A DNA stretch of 64,000 nucleotides from Patescibacteria group bacterium. GTDB lineage: Bacteria; Patescibacteriota; WWE3; UBA101185; UBA10185. Under the pieces are notes generated by a model. The model ran no database searches, was not told the origin of the DNA, and saw nothing but the letters and a program-made list of their open reading frames with translations. Within the stretch, counting starts at the first letter, position 1; each line of letters begins with the position of its first letter. The DNA is taken from contig JBMORU010000001.1 in the NCBI GenBank assembly GCA_049322215.1, forward strand, positions 129,697-193,696, written 5' to 3'. A program made the translations under genes and the position numbers. Shown here one piece after another: positions 36,998 to 46,630 of this stretch.

Positions 36998-37606
36998 TTA
37001 GTTATTAGACGGGGTGACACGTGTGCCAGGCACATTAGGGTCAATCATGTCACACATCCAACCATCATTTTCCCCGGGACGGCCACTAATGCAGGCACTA
37101 GGACTGGGGCTATTATCGGTTGCGCCCATACAAAGTGCAACTTTGATTTCGCCTTCCAGCATATCTACATCAGAAACCGAATACCAGACAACAGGTAAAC
37201 TCTGATCACATCTGGAGTCACCTAGCTGTGGGAACTCTTTCCACCATTCCAAATTTCCGCCGACGGCATTTAGAGAGGGTGCTACAACATCATCGACATC
37301 TCCGACACCACCACCAGAACCTGGAAGTGTTTCGTTAGCGGTAGCTTCGTCTGGGGTATTGGACAAAACAGGAGTAACAGCAACACCAGGCGTATCCGTA
37401 GGCATTTCAAGAATTTGATCATGATAAACGGAATCCTGCTCCTGTGCGGCATCCAACTCAAGAACCTTAGGAACAGACGTCGCTTCAGTTTCTGTAACAG
37501 AGGTGTCAGTGTCACCAGGAAACTCCGGTGTATTACAGGCAACCAAAGCAAAAGCTAAACCGACTAGAACCAAAACCAGCGTACGTAAAAACTTGTTTTT
37601 AAACAT
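36998..37606 (-). CDS. secreted lipoprotein, GC-richer than its neighbours
   Basis: Lipobox-like 'LAFALVAC'; minus-strand promoter at 37643-37671 containing CCCCATAGT. Confidence 0.55.
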   Translation of the reverse strand: MFKNKFLRTLVLVLVGLAFALVACNTPEFPGDTDTSVTETEATSVPKVLELDAAQEQDSVYHDQILEMPTDTPGVAVTPVLSNTPDEATANETLPGSGGGVGDVDDVVAPSLNAVGGNLEWWKEFPQLGDSRCDQSLPVVWYSVSDVDMLEGEIKVALCMGATDNSPSPSACISGRPGENDGWMCDMIDPNVPGTRVTPSNN

Positions 37607-37642
37607 TTTAATCTCCTTTATTAGTTTACGTAGTGTTCAGAT

Positions 37643-37671
37643 ATTTTATCATACTATGGGGTATATAACAA
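37643..37671 (-). promoter_or_regulatory. class B promoter on the minus strand (element inside the spacer)
   Basis: Reverse complement reads TTGTTA, spacer containing CCCCATAGT, then TG-ATAAAAT. Confidence 0.5.
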
Positions 37672-37682
37672 TAATTTAGCTT

Positions 37683-38480
37683 TTAATTAGGTTTGTATTT
37701 AACTATCAGTAAATCGCTTTTCATTTCTATAGATTCAACGTTTTGAGCTTCATCAGTAGCGGTAGTAAAACTATTTAGCATATCTTCAAGTAAGCCCTTT
37801 GAAATACCTTCTAACACACTATTAAAAATCCCACCACCTGAAAGACTTATATCAGCAATTTCTAAGCGTTTTGCATCTGAAGATGGCATTATAGTAGCTT
37901 CTAAAGACAAACCTTCTTCCCAAGACGCAACTATTAGGCTTGTACCATCTTTTATATCTATAGTCATAGTGCTTAAGGCTCCCGCTTCTGCAGAAACTTC
38001 ACCCAAATTTTGCTGAATCATTTTGTTTAAATCAGACTCGGTTATTTCTACCACAACAAAATTAGACTCTAAACGTACTTTTGGTTTGATTTCTTGCTGA
38101 GTAGTAGTAGCAGATTTTTGATTTTTTGATGTCGTTGTATCAGCCTCATTACTATTATTTTCTTCACTTTGGGATTTTTCCGTAACATCTTCACTTAACT
38201 CTAAAGAAACCATATCTCCATCGGCAGACGAATAAGTAAGGTCTTCTTCACTTGTTTTATTAACCTTTTCCGACTGAACTGACTCCTTTTGTACCTTATT
38301 TTCCTGAAGTTTATCTTTATAGTAAAAATTTCCTATAAAGGCTAAAACTATAATTCCTAATAAAATACCAATTTTTAAAAAGCCTTTTTGAGGGTGCAAC
38401 ATTAAATAAATTATACAGCATACAAATTTATTGATATTGCAAGATTTTCGTAAGTTACCTAAACTAAAGGCATGCGCCAA
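37683..38480 (-). CDS. signal-anchored extracytoplasmic protein (265 aa)
   Basis: N-terminal TM, Ser/Thr/Glu-rich linker, globular C-terminus. Confidence 0.5.
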   Translation of the reverse strand: MAHAFSLGNLRKSCNINKFVCCIIYLMLHPQKGFLKIGILLGIIVLAFIGNFYYKDKLQENKVQKESVQSEKVNKTSEEDLTYSSADGDMVSLELSEDVTEKSQSEENNSNEADTTTSKNQKSATTTQQEIKPKVRLESNFVVVEITESDLNKMIQQNLGEVSAEAGALSTMTIDIKDGTSLIVASWEEGLSLEATIMPSSDAKRLEIADISLSGGGIFNSVLEGISKGLLEDMLNSFTTATDEAQNVESIEMKSDLLIVKYKPN

Positions 38481-38879
38481 GGAAATTTATTAATTATTAC
38501 CGCTCTTTTAATTATTGGAGTTGTAGTTGCAATTACTGGTGGAATTTACTATGTAAAAAATATAAAACCTGCACCCATACCTACAACACAGCAAGTTAAA
38601 TTAACAACAGAACAGCCTAAAGCAAAAATAAAAAAAGATAACCCAAATTCATTAATTGGAAGAAATACAAGAGAAATTACAGAAGCAATAGGCGCACCTA
38701 ACGAATCTACTGCAAGCGTAAAACTTAATAAAGCTATATGGGTATACTTAACTAACGAAATTTCAAAAGATGCTATTTTTGTATACCTGCACGATACAGA
38801 TGTAATTAATATTAAAGAGGCTAGATTTGAAGGAAACTTTGATAAAGAAACATGGCTTTTAACTCCTTACTTTGAATAA
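38472..38879 (+). CDS. signal-anchored protein (135 aa)
   Basis: N-terminal TM; divergent from 37683. Confidence 0.45.
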   Translation: MRQGNLLIITALLIIGVVVAITGGIYYVKNIKPAPIPTTQQVKLTTEQPKAKIKKDNPNSLIGRNTREITEAIGAPNESTASVKLNKAIWVYLTNEISKDAIFVYLHDTDVINIKEARFEGNFDKETWLLTPYFE

Positions 38880-38899
38880 TTACCCTATAGATTTATAAT
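38872..38899 (+). promoter_or_regulatory. class B promoter (element in the spacer)
   Basis: TTGAAT, 16-nt spacer containing CCCTATAGA, then TATAAT. Confidence 0.55.
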
Positions 38900-38943
38900 A
38901 TGACAATACAAACTGATCTCGTGAAAAAAAAGGAGAGTTTTAA

Positions 38944-39267
38944 ATGAAAATTTTACTAGTAGATGATGACCCCTATATTTTGCGTATAGTACCACCAATA
39001 CTTGAAAGGGCAGGACACAAGGTAACTACATTCCATGACTTGGAAGAAGCCAAAAAGGCAGTTGGCGGATTTGACTTGGTAGTTACCGACGGCTCTGTAA
39101 ATAAACACAGAGATGGAATTGCCTGGGCAGCACAGTTAAAAACCCACAATACAAAAGTTGTTATTTTGTCTGGAGAACCCCCTGTTGTAGGCCCTAAAGG
39201 TGTTCCTTTCGTGCAAAAAGGTTCGGGTTACAAATCTAACCTTTTAGATGCCGTTAAGTCTATTTAG
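38944..39267 (+). CDS. stand-alone CheY-like receiver domain protein
   Basis: 'MKILLVDDDPYIL…DLVVTDG' is a receiver fold with the acidic pocket. AAGGAGA SD; promoter at 38872-38899 with the CCCTATAG element in the spacer. Confidence 0.55.
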   Translation: MKILLVDDDPYILRIVPPILERAGHKVTTFHDLEEAKKAVGGFDLVVTDGSVNKHRDGIAWAAQLKTHNTKVVILSGEPPVVGPKGVPFVQKGSGYKSNLLDAVKSI

Positions 39268-39354
39268 TCACTAAACTCCTGAGGCAAAACATACTTTGCA
39301 GCAGGAGTTTATTCTTTTAGTACAACTTTTTTTATTAGCGAAATTTTCTAACCA

Positions 39355-40392
39355 TTGTATAATCCCAATATGAAGTTGCTACAAAAAATAGCTTTTTTGA
39401 GAAAAACAAAGGAAAAACAACAAAAACGTGATGCATTACGTTTATTTTTTACAGGTTTTGCAATGGGGTCTGCCGACATAGTTCCCGGGGTATCAGGAGG
39501 CACCATTGCTTTTATATTTGGAATTTACGAAGAACTGATTTACAGCATAAAAACTGCCAGTGGAGATGCAGTAAAGCTACTAGCAAAAGGAAATATCAAG
39601 AAGGCACTAGAGACTATACCCTTTAATTTTTTATTACCACTAGTTTTAGGAATATTTACAGCAATATTTAGCGTAGCAGGAATAATGTCATCATTACTTG
39701 AAACACACCCTGTACCTGTGTGGTCGTTCTTTTTTGGCCTTGTATTATCTTCTATATTCATAGTAAGTAAACGCGTAATAAAATGGGATTATAAAGATGC
39801 TGCAGCTCTGATAATTGCAACAGCAGGTGCTTACACTCTTGTTGGAGCAGTACCGCATGAAACACCCCAAACCACTCTTGCATTATTTTTAGCAGGCGCT
39901 ATTGCAATATGCGCAATGATATTACCAGGAATATCAGGATCATTTTTGTTAATTATAATGGGCAAATATTCCCAAATTCTCAGCGCTGTAAATGATAGAA
40001 ACTTTATGGTTTTAGTAACCGTAGGAATTGGTGCAGTTATTGGTTTAGCTACTTTTTCAAGAGTACTAAATTGGTTATTTAAAAACTACCACGATTTAAT
40101 GGTAGCTACATTAACAGGCTTTATGATTGGGTCATTAAGAAAAATTTGGCCATGGAAAGAAACTTTAGAAACTAGAATAAACAGTCATGGGATAGAAGTT
40201 CCTTTATTACAACAAAACATTTTACCAAGCGCTTTTACCACCGAAGTTTTAATGTCATTAGTTCTTTTTGTAGCTGCAGTTTCTTTAATGATATACGTAC
40301 AAAAACTAGAGCTCACCGAAGAGCATTTGCATGATGTAGAGGATAAAAAGTTTAGACACAAACATAGACACGCCTTACAAGAAGAATTATAA
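39355..40392 (+). CDS. DUF368 family polytopic membrane protein (polyprenyl-phosphate transporter-like)
   Basis: Two repeats carrying 'VPGVSGGTIAFIFG' and 'LPGISGSFLLIIMG', diagnostic of DUF368. Confidence 0.7.
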   Translation: MYNPNMKLLQKIAFLRKTKEKQQKRDALRLFFTGFAMGSADIVPGVSGGTIAFIFGIYEELIYSIKTASGDAVKLLAKGNIKKALETIPFNFLLPLVLGIFTAIFSVAGIMSSLLETHPVPVWSFFFGLVLSSIFIVSKRVIKWDYKDAAALIIATAGAYTLVGAVPHETPQTTLALFLAGAIAICAMILPGISGSFLLIIMGKYSQILSAVNDRNFMVLVTVGIGAVIGLATFSRVLNWLFKNYHDLMVATLTGFMIGSLRKIWPWKETLETRINSHGIEVPLLQQNILPSAFTTEVLMSLVLFVAAVSLMIYVQKLELTEEHLHDVEDKKFRHKHRHALQEEL

Positions 40393-40395
40393 ACA

Positions 40396-40424
40396 TTTAC
40401 ACTAACCTATAGTAGTAGTATAAT
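40396..40424 (+). promoter_or_regulatory. class B promoter (element in the spacer)
   Basis: TTTACA, 17-nt spacer containing CCTATAGT, then TATAAT. Confidence 0.55.
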
Positions 40425-40456
40425 TAAAGTATTATCACAAACTATTGGAGGTTAAC

Positions 40457-40777
40457 ATGAAGGTCTGGAATACACTCAAAAAGATTGGAAAAGGACTTGG
40501 TTATCTGGCAAACGGCATATTGGTACTGGTATTGGCCGGTGTTGCTACCTATTACACAATGGAGTCCATTGTGGCAGTAGACTTACTCAGCACCCTAGTT
40601 GCGCTACCGGCAATACCCCTGGCTTTCTTTGTTGGCTCAGCAAAAGCGGCGTCAATTTACTTTCCGATAATGCTCGCCACCATCTACATGTTTTATGGAT
40701 TAGTGGCAACCTGCATCGGATTCCCTCAATACACCGTTAAACCACTATACAACAAGTTTAAGCAGTACACCGACTAA
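40457..40777 (+). CDS. small 3-TM membrane protein, GC-richer
   Basis: The track start 40445 is TTG. The ATG at 40457 follows GGAGG. Promoter at 40396-40424; terminator at 40785-40840. Confidence 0.55.
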   Translation: MKVWNTLKKIGKGLGYLANGILVLVLAGVATYYTMESIVAVDLLSTLVALPAIPLAFFVGSAKAASIYFPIMLATIYMFYGLVATCIGFPQYTVKPLYNKFKQYTD

Positions 40778-40784
40778 CTAACTT

Positions 40785-40840
40785 CCGAAATGAGAGCAAA
40801 GTTTTAAAAAAACCCTCTCATTTCGGAATACTCTTTTTTA
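40785..40840 (+). terminator. rho-independent terminator
   Basis: CCGAAATGAGAG…CTCTCATTTCGG 12-bp stem followed by T6. Confidence 0.65.
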
Positions 40841-40868
40841 TATTTAAAAACCCCTTATAATTTCACTA

Positions 40869-41609
40869 GTGAATACAACGTTACTATATATAGTTTCATC
40901 TTCAGTAGTTGTTAGCTTACTGGCCTTACTAGGCATAGTTATTGTGGATATACAAAGCACATGGTTTTCCAAATCACTTATGTACTTGGTTGCACTATCT
41001 GCCGGAACCATGATTGGTGGCGTTTTTTTACATTTACTTCCTGAAGCAGCAGAAAACTTTGAAGACACAACATATTTTACCTTAGCCTTAATTTCTTTCG
41101 TTTTGTTTTTCTTAATTGAAAAAGGCTTGCACTGGCATCACTGCCACGATGAAGAATGCGAAAAACACACGTATGGTCAAATGACTCTATTTGGAGATAG
41201 CGTACATAATTTTATTGATGGCTTACTAATTGCTGGAGCATATATAACAGACATAAATTTAGGCATAGCCACTACGGCAGCTATAGCCTTACACGAGCTT
41301 CCACAAGAAATTGGAGATTTTGGTGTGTTAGTACACTCAGGGTTTACAAAAAAGAAAGCGCTATTGGTAAACTTTTTAGTAGCATTAGCTGCGTTAGCAG
41401 GAGCACTTGTAGGATTTTATGTGTCTGAGAGTATTGAAGGAATAACTAAATATGCAATTCCTTTAGCAGCTGGGGGCTTTTTATACATAGCTACCTCAGA
41501 TCTTATACCTGAAATACGAGAAGAAACAAACACAAAAAAATCAATTGGCGCCCTAATTGCCTTCTTTACGGGGATACTGCTAATGTATGCCATGTTGTTC
41601 CTTGAATGA
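40869..41609 (+). CDS. ZIP family divalent metal transporter (ZupT-like)
   Basis: 'HNFIDGLLIAGAY' and 'ALHELPQEIGDFGVLV' ZIP signatures; GTG start. Confidence 0.8.
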   Translation: MNTTLLYIVSSSVVVSLLALLGIVIVDIQSTWFSKSLMYLVALSAGTMIGGVFLHLLPEAAENFEDTTYFTLALISFVLFFLIEKGLHWHHCHDEECEKHTYGQMTLFGDSVHNFIDGLLIAGAYITDINLGIATTAAIALHELPQEIGDFGVLVHSGFTKKKALLVNFLVALAALAGALVGFYVSESIEGITKYAIPLAAGGFLYIATSDLIPEIREETNTKKSIGALIAFFTGILLMYAMLFLE

Positions 41610-41639
41610 ACCAAATTATTCTCTATAATTAGTAGACAC

Positions 41640-43589
41640 ATGACTTTTTTTTACAGAACTTTTAAAGTTCTTCTGCCCATTGTAATACTCACCGTATTTT
41701 TTAACGCTGCACCCTACGTAAACGCAGCCACAAATACTTGGCAAAAAGGCTTAACCTTAAGACTAACAAATGAATCACAAAAAGATGTAGAAGCTTCTAT
41801 AGTACAAATGGCAGAAACAGGCGCTAACTATTTAACTATTACTCCTGGGTACGAAGTTGATAATAAATATGCCTCAAATGTAGATCCAAAGTCGCGTACT
41901 CCAAGTGATGAAATTTTAATTTTTGCTATAAATAAAGCACATGAATTAGACATGCAGGTAATGATAAAACCTCACATAGATAGAAAGGATGGCGGTTGGC
42001 GAGCATTTATTAATCCTACAAATAAAGCCGAATTCTTTAAAAACTATAAAAACATGATATTGCACTACGCAGTATTAGGTGAGCAATATGGTGTAGAACA
42101 ACTTTCTATTGGAGCAGAAACCTACGAGCTTAGTACAAACCCAAACAATGAACAATATTGGCGAGATATTATTTCTGAAGTAAGAAAAGTATATAGTGGA
42201 AAACTAACTTATAGCGCTAATTCTTATAGTGAATATTTTGACGAAGGCAACTTGCCCTTTGGAGACCTACTAGATGTATGGGGAATGTCAATGTACGTAG
42301 AGCTAGCAGCAAACAATAATCCACAAATAAGTGAATTATTAGAGCAGTGGAAAAAGGTAGAAACTGACTACATTTACCCAATATATGAAAAATGGAAAAA
42401 ACCAATAATATTTGCCGAAACTGGATACCGAAGTATAGATGGTGCTGGAATGGAACCTGATGATTTTAGTTCAACCGCAAAAGTAGATTTAGAAGAGCAA
42501 AATACTTTATACAAAGCAATGTTTGAGTTTTGGAAAGACAAAGACTATTTTGCAGGTTTACACATTTGGGACTGGAAACCCGACGTAAATGCAGGCGGTG
42601 ATGAAGATACTGATTACACACCACAAAATAAACCTGCACAAGAAACAATAAAACAATACTTTACACAAGTAAGTGATAATTCTAGTGAAGAGACTCAAAA
42701 TGAAAGCACTTCTGAAACTACAACAGCTGAAACAAATGCGGCAGAATTAATATTAAATCTAAAACCAACAGAGTACTTAATAAAAGAGTTAAAAACAGAA
42801 CTACAGTACTATTTCGATAGAAATTACGAAATAACGCAATACCCAGAATTGTTAAATGGAACGAAAGCAGTAGTAACAAGAAATGGAGATAAATACAATA
42901 ATTCTGAGACCTTTGTCAGCTTCAAAACAAATATCCAACTTTCGATTTTTTTGGCATATGATGCAAGAGCCACACAACTACCAAATTGGCTATCCAACTG
43001 GGAAAAAACCCCAATGACAATACAAACCACAGATAACAACTTCATGCTACTAGTAAAGAATTTCGAGGCTAACGAAACAGTAAACTTGGGAGGAAACAGT
43101 GCTACCGGAATGGTGGGTTCCCAAAGCAATTACTTTTTAATTTTAAAAGAGGGTAAATACGAAAACACAAGTACAACAACGGAAACTCAAACCCAATCCC
43201 CTGAAACCACTACCGAAACACCACCTAACGAAATAGTGGAAGAAGAAATAGTTGAAGAAATACCAACAGAAGAACCAGCTACAGAATCAAACATAAATGG
43301 CACACTTAAAATTGATTATCCTGAAACTGGCGATACATTATCGGGTGAAAGAAAACTCAAAGCCTACATTGAAGGACTAGCAACAAACAAATACTATGCC
43401 ACCTACTCAAAAGACGGATCAACAGAAATAATTATGGATTACGGATCTGATGATAAATATCAGCAAGAGAAAATTGATTTTGGTGAATGGAACGATAAAA
43501 ACGGGACACCGTACACAATAGAAGTAAAAGCATACGACCTTGAGAACAATTTAATAGACAAAACGTCTATACAGATATACATTAAATAG
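41640..43589 (+). CDS. secreted TIM-barrel glycoside hydrolase-like protein with a Thr/Glu-rich linker and C-terminal beta-domain
   Basis: Signal peptide 'VFFNAAPYVNAAT'. A clan GH-A-like 'IFAETGY' nucleophile context. The linker is TTTETQTQSPETTTETPPNE. Confidence 0.4.
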   Translation: MTFFYRTFKVLLPIVILTVFFNAAPYVNAATNTWQKGLTLRLTNESQKDVEASIVQMAETGANYLTITPGYEVDNKYASNVDPKSRTPSDEILIFAINKAHELDMQVMIKPHIDRKDGGWRAFINPTNKAEFFKNYKNMILHYAVLGEQYGVEQLSIGAETYELSTNPNNEQYWRDIISEVRKVYSGKLTYSANSYSEYFDEGNLPFGDLLDVWGMSMYVELAANNNPQISELLEQWKKVETDYIYPIYEKWKKPIIFAETGYRSIDGAGMEPDDFSSTAKVDLEEQNTLYKAMFEFWKDKDYFAGLHIWDWKPDVNAGGDEDTDYTPQNKPAQETIKQYFTQVSDNSSEETQNESTSETTTAETNAAELILNLKPTEYLIKELKTELQYYFDRNYEITQYPELLNGTKAVVTRNGDKYNNSETFVSFKTNIQLSIFLAYDARATQLPNWLSNWEKTPMTIQTTDNNFMLLVKNFEANETVNLGGNSATGMVGSQSNYFLILKEGKYENTSTTTETQTQSPETTTETPPNEIVEEEIVEEIPTEEPATESNINGTLKIDYPETGDTLSGERKLKAYIEGLATNKYYATYSKDGSTEIIMDYGSDDKYQQEKIDFGEWNDKNGTPYTIEVKAYDLENNLIDKTSIQIYIK

Positions 43590-43591
43590 TA

Positions 43592-43927
43592 ATGAAGCTT
43601 ATTTTAAAACTTTTAATTTCAACCTTAAGTGTACTAGTAGCTGCCGAAATACTACCCGGCGTAAGTGTAGAGCCTTTAGCTATTTCTATAATAGTAGCCA
43701 TTTTATTGGGAGTTTTAAATTCAACACTAAGGCCAATACTTGTTCTTTTAACTTTTCCTATTACTTTGCTTACCTTAGGATTGTTTAAATTTGTTGTTAA
43801 TGCACTAATGGTTTTATTAGTGGATTACTTAGTTGCAGGGTTTGCTGTAAATTCCATACTTACTGCTATATTGTTTAGCTTGATTGTTTCAATTGTAAGC
43901 TCTGTATTAGAAACATTAACGGACTAA
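43592..43927 (+). CDS. phage-holin-4-like / YvlD-type 4-TM membrane protein
   Basis: 111 aa with the 'LNSTLRPILVLLTFPITLLTLGLF' pattern of PF04020. Confidence 0.55.
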   Translation: MKLILKLLISTLSVLVAAEILPGVSVEPLAISIIVAILLGVLNSTLRPILVLLTFPITLLTLGLFKFVVNALMVLLVDYLVAGFAVNSILTAILFSLIVSIVSSVLETLTD

Positions 43928-43931
43928 ACAC

Positions 43932-44462
43932 ATGACTCCAAAAGATTTAACAGATAGTCTATTTTGGGTATTTATATTTATAGTTATTATAGGGTTAATA
44001 ATTTTTAGCCTGTTTTTTAAAACCACAACATCTGAAACTGCACAACAACAAGAATCTTCATTAAGTTTTGACAAAACTAAAATCAAAGTTAAAAACATAG
44101 AACTAGAAGTAGAAATAGCAGACACACCTGCAAAACGAGCACGGGGTTTAATGTTTAGAACTGATCTTGCCGATAATGAAGGTATGATATTTATATTTCC
44201 TATGGCATATAAACAGTCATTTTGGATGGCAAACACCAAAATACCTTTAGATATAGTTTGGATTAATGAAAACATGGAAATTGTACACATAAACGCAAAC
44301 ACGCCTCCTTGCCAAAAAACTGGAAACTTAAAAGCCTACTGTACTACCTACAAAACTGATACCGCCGCAAAGTATGTACTAGAAGTAAACGGAGGTTGGA
44401 TGGAAAAAAATAATGTACAAGTAGGTGATCGTATAGAAGTATTAAAAAACCTCTCAGAGTAA
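43932..44462 (+). CDS. DUF192 (COG1430) domain protein, signal-anchored
   Basis: 'EVEIADTPAKRARGLMFR…GMIFIFP…FWMANTKIPLDIVWI' matches the DUF192 consensus. Confidence 0.75.
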   Translation: MTPKDLTDSLFWVFIFIVIIGLIIFSLFFKTTTSETAQQQESSLSFDKTKIKVKNIELEVEIADTPAKRARGLMFRTDLADNEGMIFIFPMAYKQSFWMANTKIPLDIVWINENMEIVHINANTPPCQKTGNLKAYCTTYKTDTAAKYVLEVNGGWMEKNNVQVGDRIEVLKNLSE

Positions 44463-44475
44463 CTACCTAAACAAA

Positions 44476-46617
44476 CTACTCATAGCGTAAAGCATCCAGT
44501 GCCGATATGTTTTTAGATCTTTTTGCTGGATAAACACCCGTAAGCATTCCAACAAAAAAAGATAACACAACTATAATTAAAACAAAGCTTAGAGGTACAT
44601 ATGAAATATCTATATAACCTTCGCCTTTGAATAAAGAAAACATAGTTAATACTAAACCCAACAGTTTACCTGCAGCAGCTCCTACAAATAAGCCTCCAAA
44701 ACCGGCACAAAAACCCATTATGATAGATTCAGTTAAAAATAATTCCTGTACTTCTGAGGTTTTCATACCCATAGCTTTCATTAAACCCACCTCTCTTGTT
44801 CTTTCTAAAAGAGAAACAGTAAGAGTGTTAAACATACCTAATGAGGCTACCGTTAATGCAACCATACCCATAATACCTAAAATCAATCTTAAAGTGCCAA
44901 ACAGGCTGTTTATTTGAGCAACAGTGTCTACCACTGATTGTGTGGTGTAACCTAACGACTCAATTTGTTTACGAACTAAGTCTAAGCTGTCTGCTTTGTT
45001 AACCGCAACTTTAAATTGGGAATAATTTACAATACCTAAAGAACGTAAATCAACAAAGGGCACATAAAATAAGGGGGCACCCTCACCCGGTATTACTGCC
45101 TTTATAACGTATTCTTCAGGCTCTGATTCCACTCTTTTCTCAGAGTCACTTACTAGATCACTCGGTATGACAAAAACAGCACTAAAAGTTTTGCCTATGG
45201 CTTCTTCTTCATTTATACCTAATATTTGTAACATAGCGCGATTTACAACAGCCTCTTTTACTGCAGAATCTGAGAGCTTTACTGTATTGACTTCATTCAC
45301 AGGAACTACACTTTCTCCCGGTAACTCTACCCACTCCGAATTGGGATCAACTTGAAGATCAAATAAAGCATTTGCTGTGGTTTCAATTGCATCAGAAGTA
45401 GCTTCAATTGTTGTAGATGCGTTTGCGGCAACCTGAGTATCAGATTCACCTAAAACATCACCCTGATTAAAATTTATTGGCCTGGTTTTTAAATTTATGT
45501 GTGCCAAAAAACCTTCGCTTTGAACTTTGTTTCCTTCAGCATCGCGAACTAGTAAATAGGTGCCATCTACACAATCTACGTTGTTTGTATCACAAGGTAT
45601 TTCTTCCCATAAGTTAACTTTAGTAAGAACCCAAACACCAAGTGAATTCCCCTCACTATCCGTACCAAAACTTCCAAAAGATTCTTCGTCTTCATAAGAT
45701 TCACCATAGTAAGTTTCACCGTATAACGTCCCTTCGGGGCGTTTGGTATAACCAATTATAGAGTTACTTGTGCCAGGTCCTGAACGCACACGAAACCATT
45801 CTTGATGTTGCAATGCAACGTCAACATCATTTATTTTATCGCCATGTTTGCTTATAACATCTCGTTCATCACTCACACCCTGCACAGCCTCTTGATTTTG
45901 CCCAGCTTCAGGTGGGGCATAAGCAATAGATAAATCATTGCTTTCAAAAAGATCGCCTTTAACAGGCTTAATTGCGGATTGTTCCAAATAACCCCGAGTG
46001 ACGCCATAAACAGCCATGTCAGATACAGAGTTTTGATAGTTAACACGACCAACAACCGCAATTAAAGGATAAACTTCGGAAACATTTGTAAATGCTTTAA
46101 CATCGGAAATAGTTTTATCATCTATTTGTACTTTAGATCCAGGTTGAGTCGCAACATCTGCTTGCTTTAACTCGTCTAAACGCGCAACACGCGATACAAC
46201 TAACTCTTGAAGCCCATACCCTAAAGATACTAAAAACACTATGGCGGCTATACCTATAGAAACTCCCCCTATTGTAATCAACGTTCTAGTAGCTTTAAAC
46301 TTCATATTTCGTAAAGCCAATTCAATTAAATTCACTCTATTAATAGTGTTTTCACCATGTCTATTAAGATTGAGTAGTAAATCATATGCTTTAGAAACAG
46401 GAGGCAATATAAGTTTGGTTAAAAATTTAGGAAAATAACGCCAACTAGATATTTTAATTAGCACTACCATTACTAAATAAGATATTAATAGTATGAGAAA
46501 CGAGCCAAATCTTATGACTGTGTTTTTAAACTTAACTAAAAAGTCTTTAGAAAACAAAAATAATACAAATCTTAAAACTGCTTTTAAATTATTGATTACG
46601 TTTTTTATTATTTTCAT
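44476..46617 (-). CDS. MacB/FtsX-type ABC transporter permease with a large extracytoplasmic domain
   Basis: N-terminal TM, about 450-aa periplasmic region, C-terminal FtsX 3-TM module ('TREVGLMKAMGM…'). Confidence 0.8.
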   Translation of the reverse strand: MKIIKNVINNLKAVLRFVLFLFSKDFLVKFKNTVIRFGSFLILLISYLVMVVLIKISSWRYFPKFLTKLILPPVSKAYDLLLNLNRHGENTINRVNLIELALRNMKFKATRTLITIGGVSIGIAAIVFLVSLGYGLQELVVSRVARLDELKQADVATQPGSKVQIDDKTISDVKAFTNVSEVYPLIAVVGRVNYQNSVSDMAVYGVTRGYLEQSAIKPVKGDLFESNDLSIAYAPPEAGQNQEAVQGVSDERDVISKHGDKINDVDVALQHQEWFRVRSGPGTSNSIIGYTKRPEGTLYGETYYGESYEDEESFGSFGTDSEGNSLGVWVLTKVNLWEEIPCDTNNVDCVDGTYLLVRDAEGNKVQSEGFLAHINLKTRPINFNQGDVLGESDTQVAANASTTIEATSDAIETTANALFDLQVDPNSEWVELPGESVVPVNEVNTVKLSDSAVKEAVVNRAMLQILGINEEEAIGKTFSAVFVIPSDLVSDSEKRVESEPEEYVIKAVIPGEGAPLFYVPFVDLRSLGIVNYSQFKVAVNKADSLDLVRKQIESLGYTTQSVVDTVAQINSLFGTLRLILGIMGMVALTVASLGMFNTLTVSLLERTREVGLMKAMGMKTSEVQELFLTESIIMGFCAGFGGLFVGAAAGKLLGLVLTMFSLFKGEGYIDISYVPLSFVLIIVVLSFFVGMLTGVYPAKRSKNISALDALRYE

Positions 46618-46630
46618 TTTTTATAATAAC

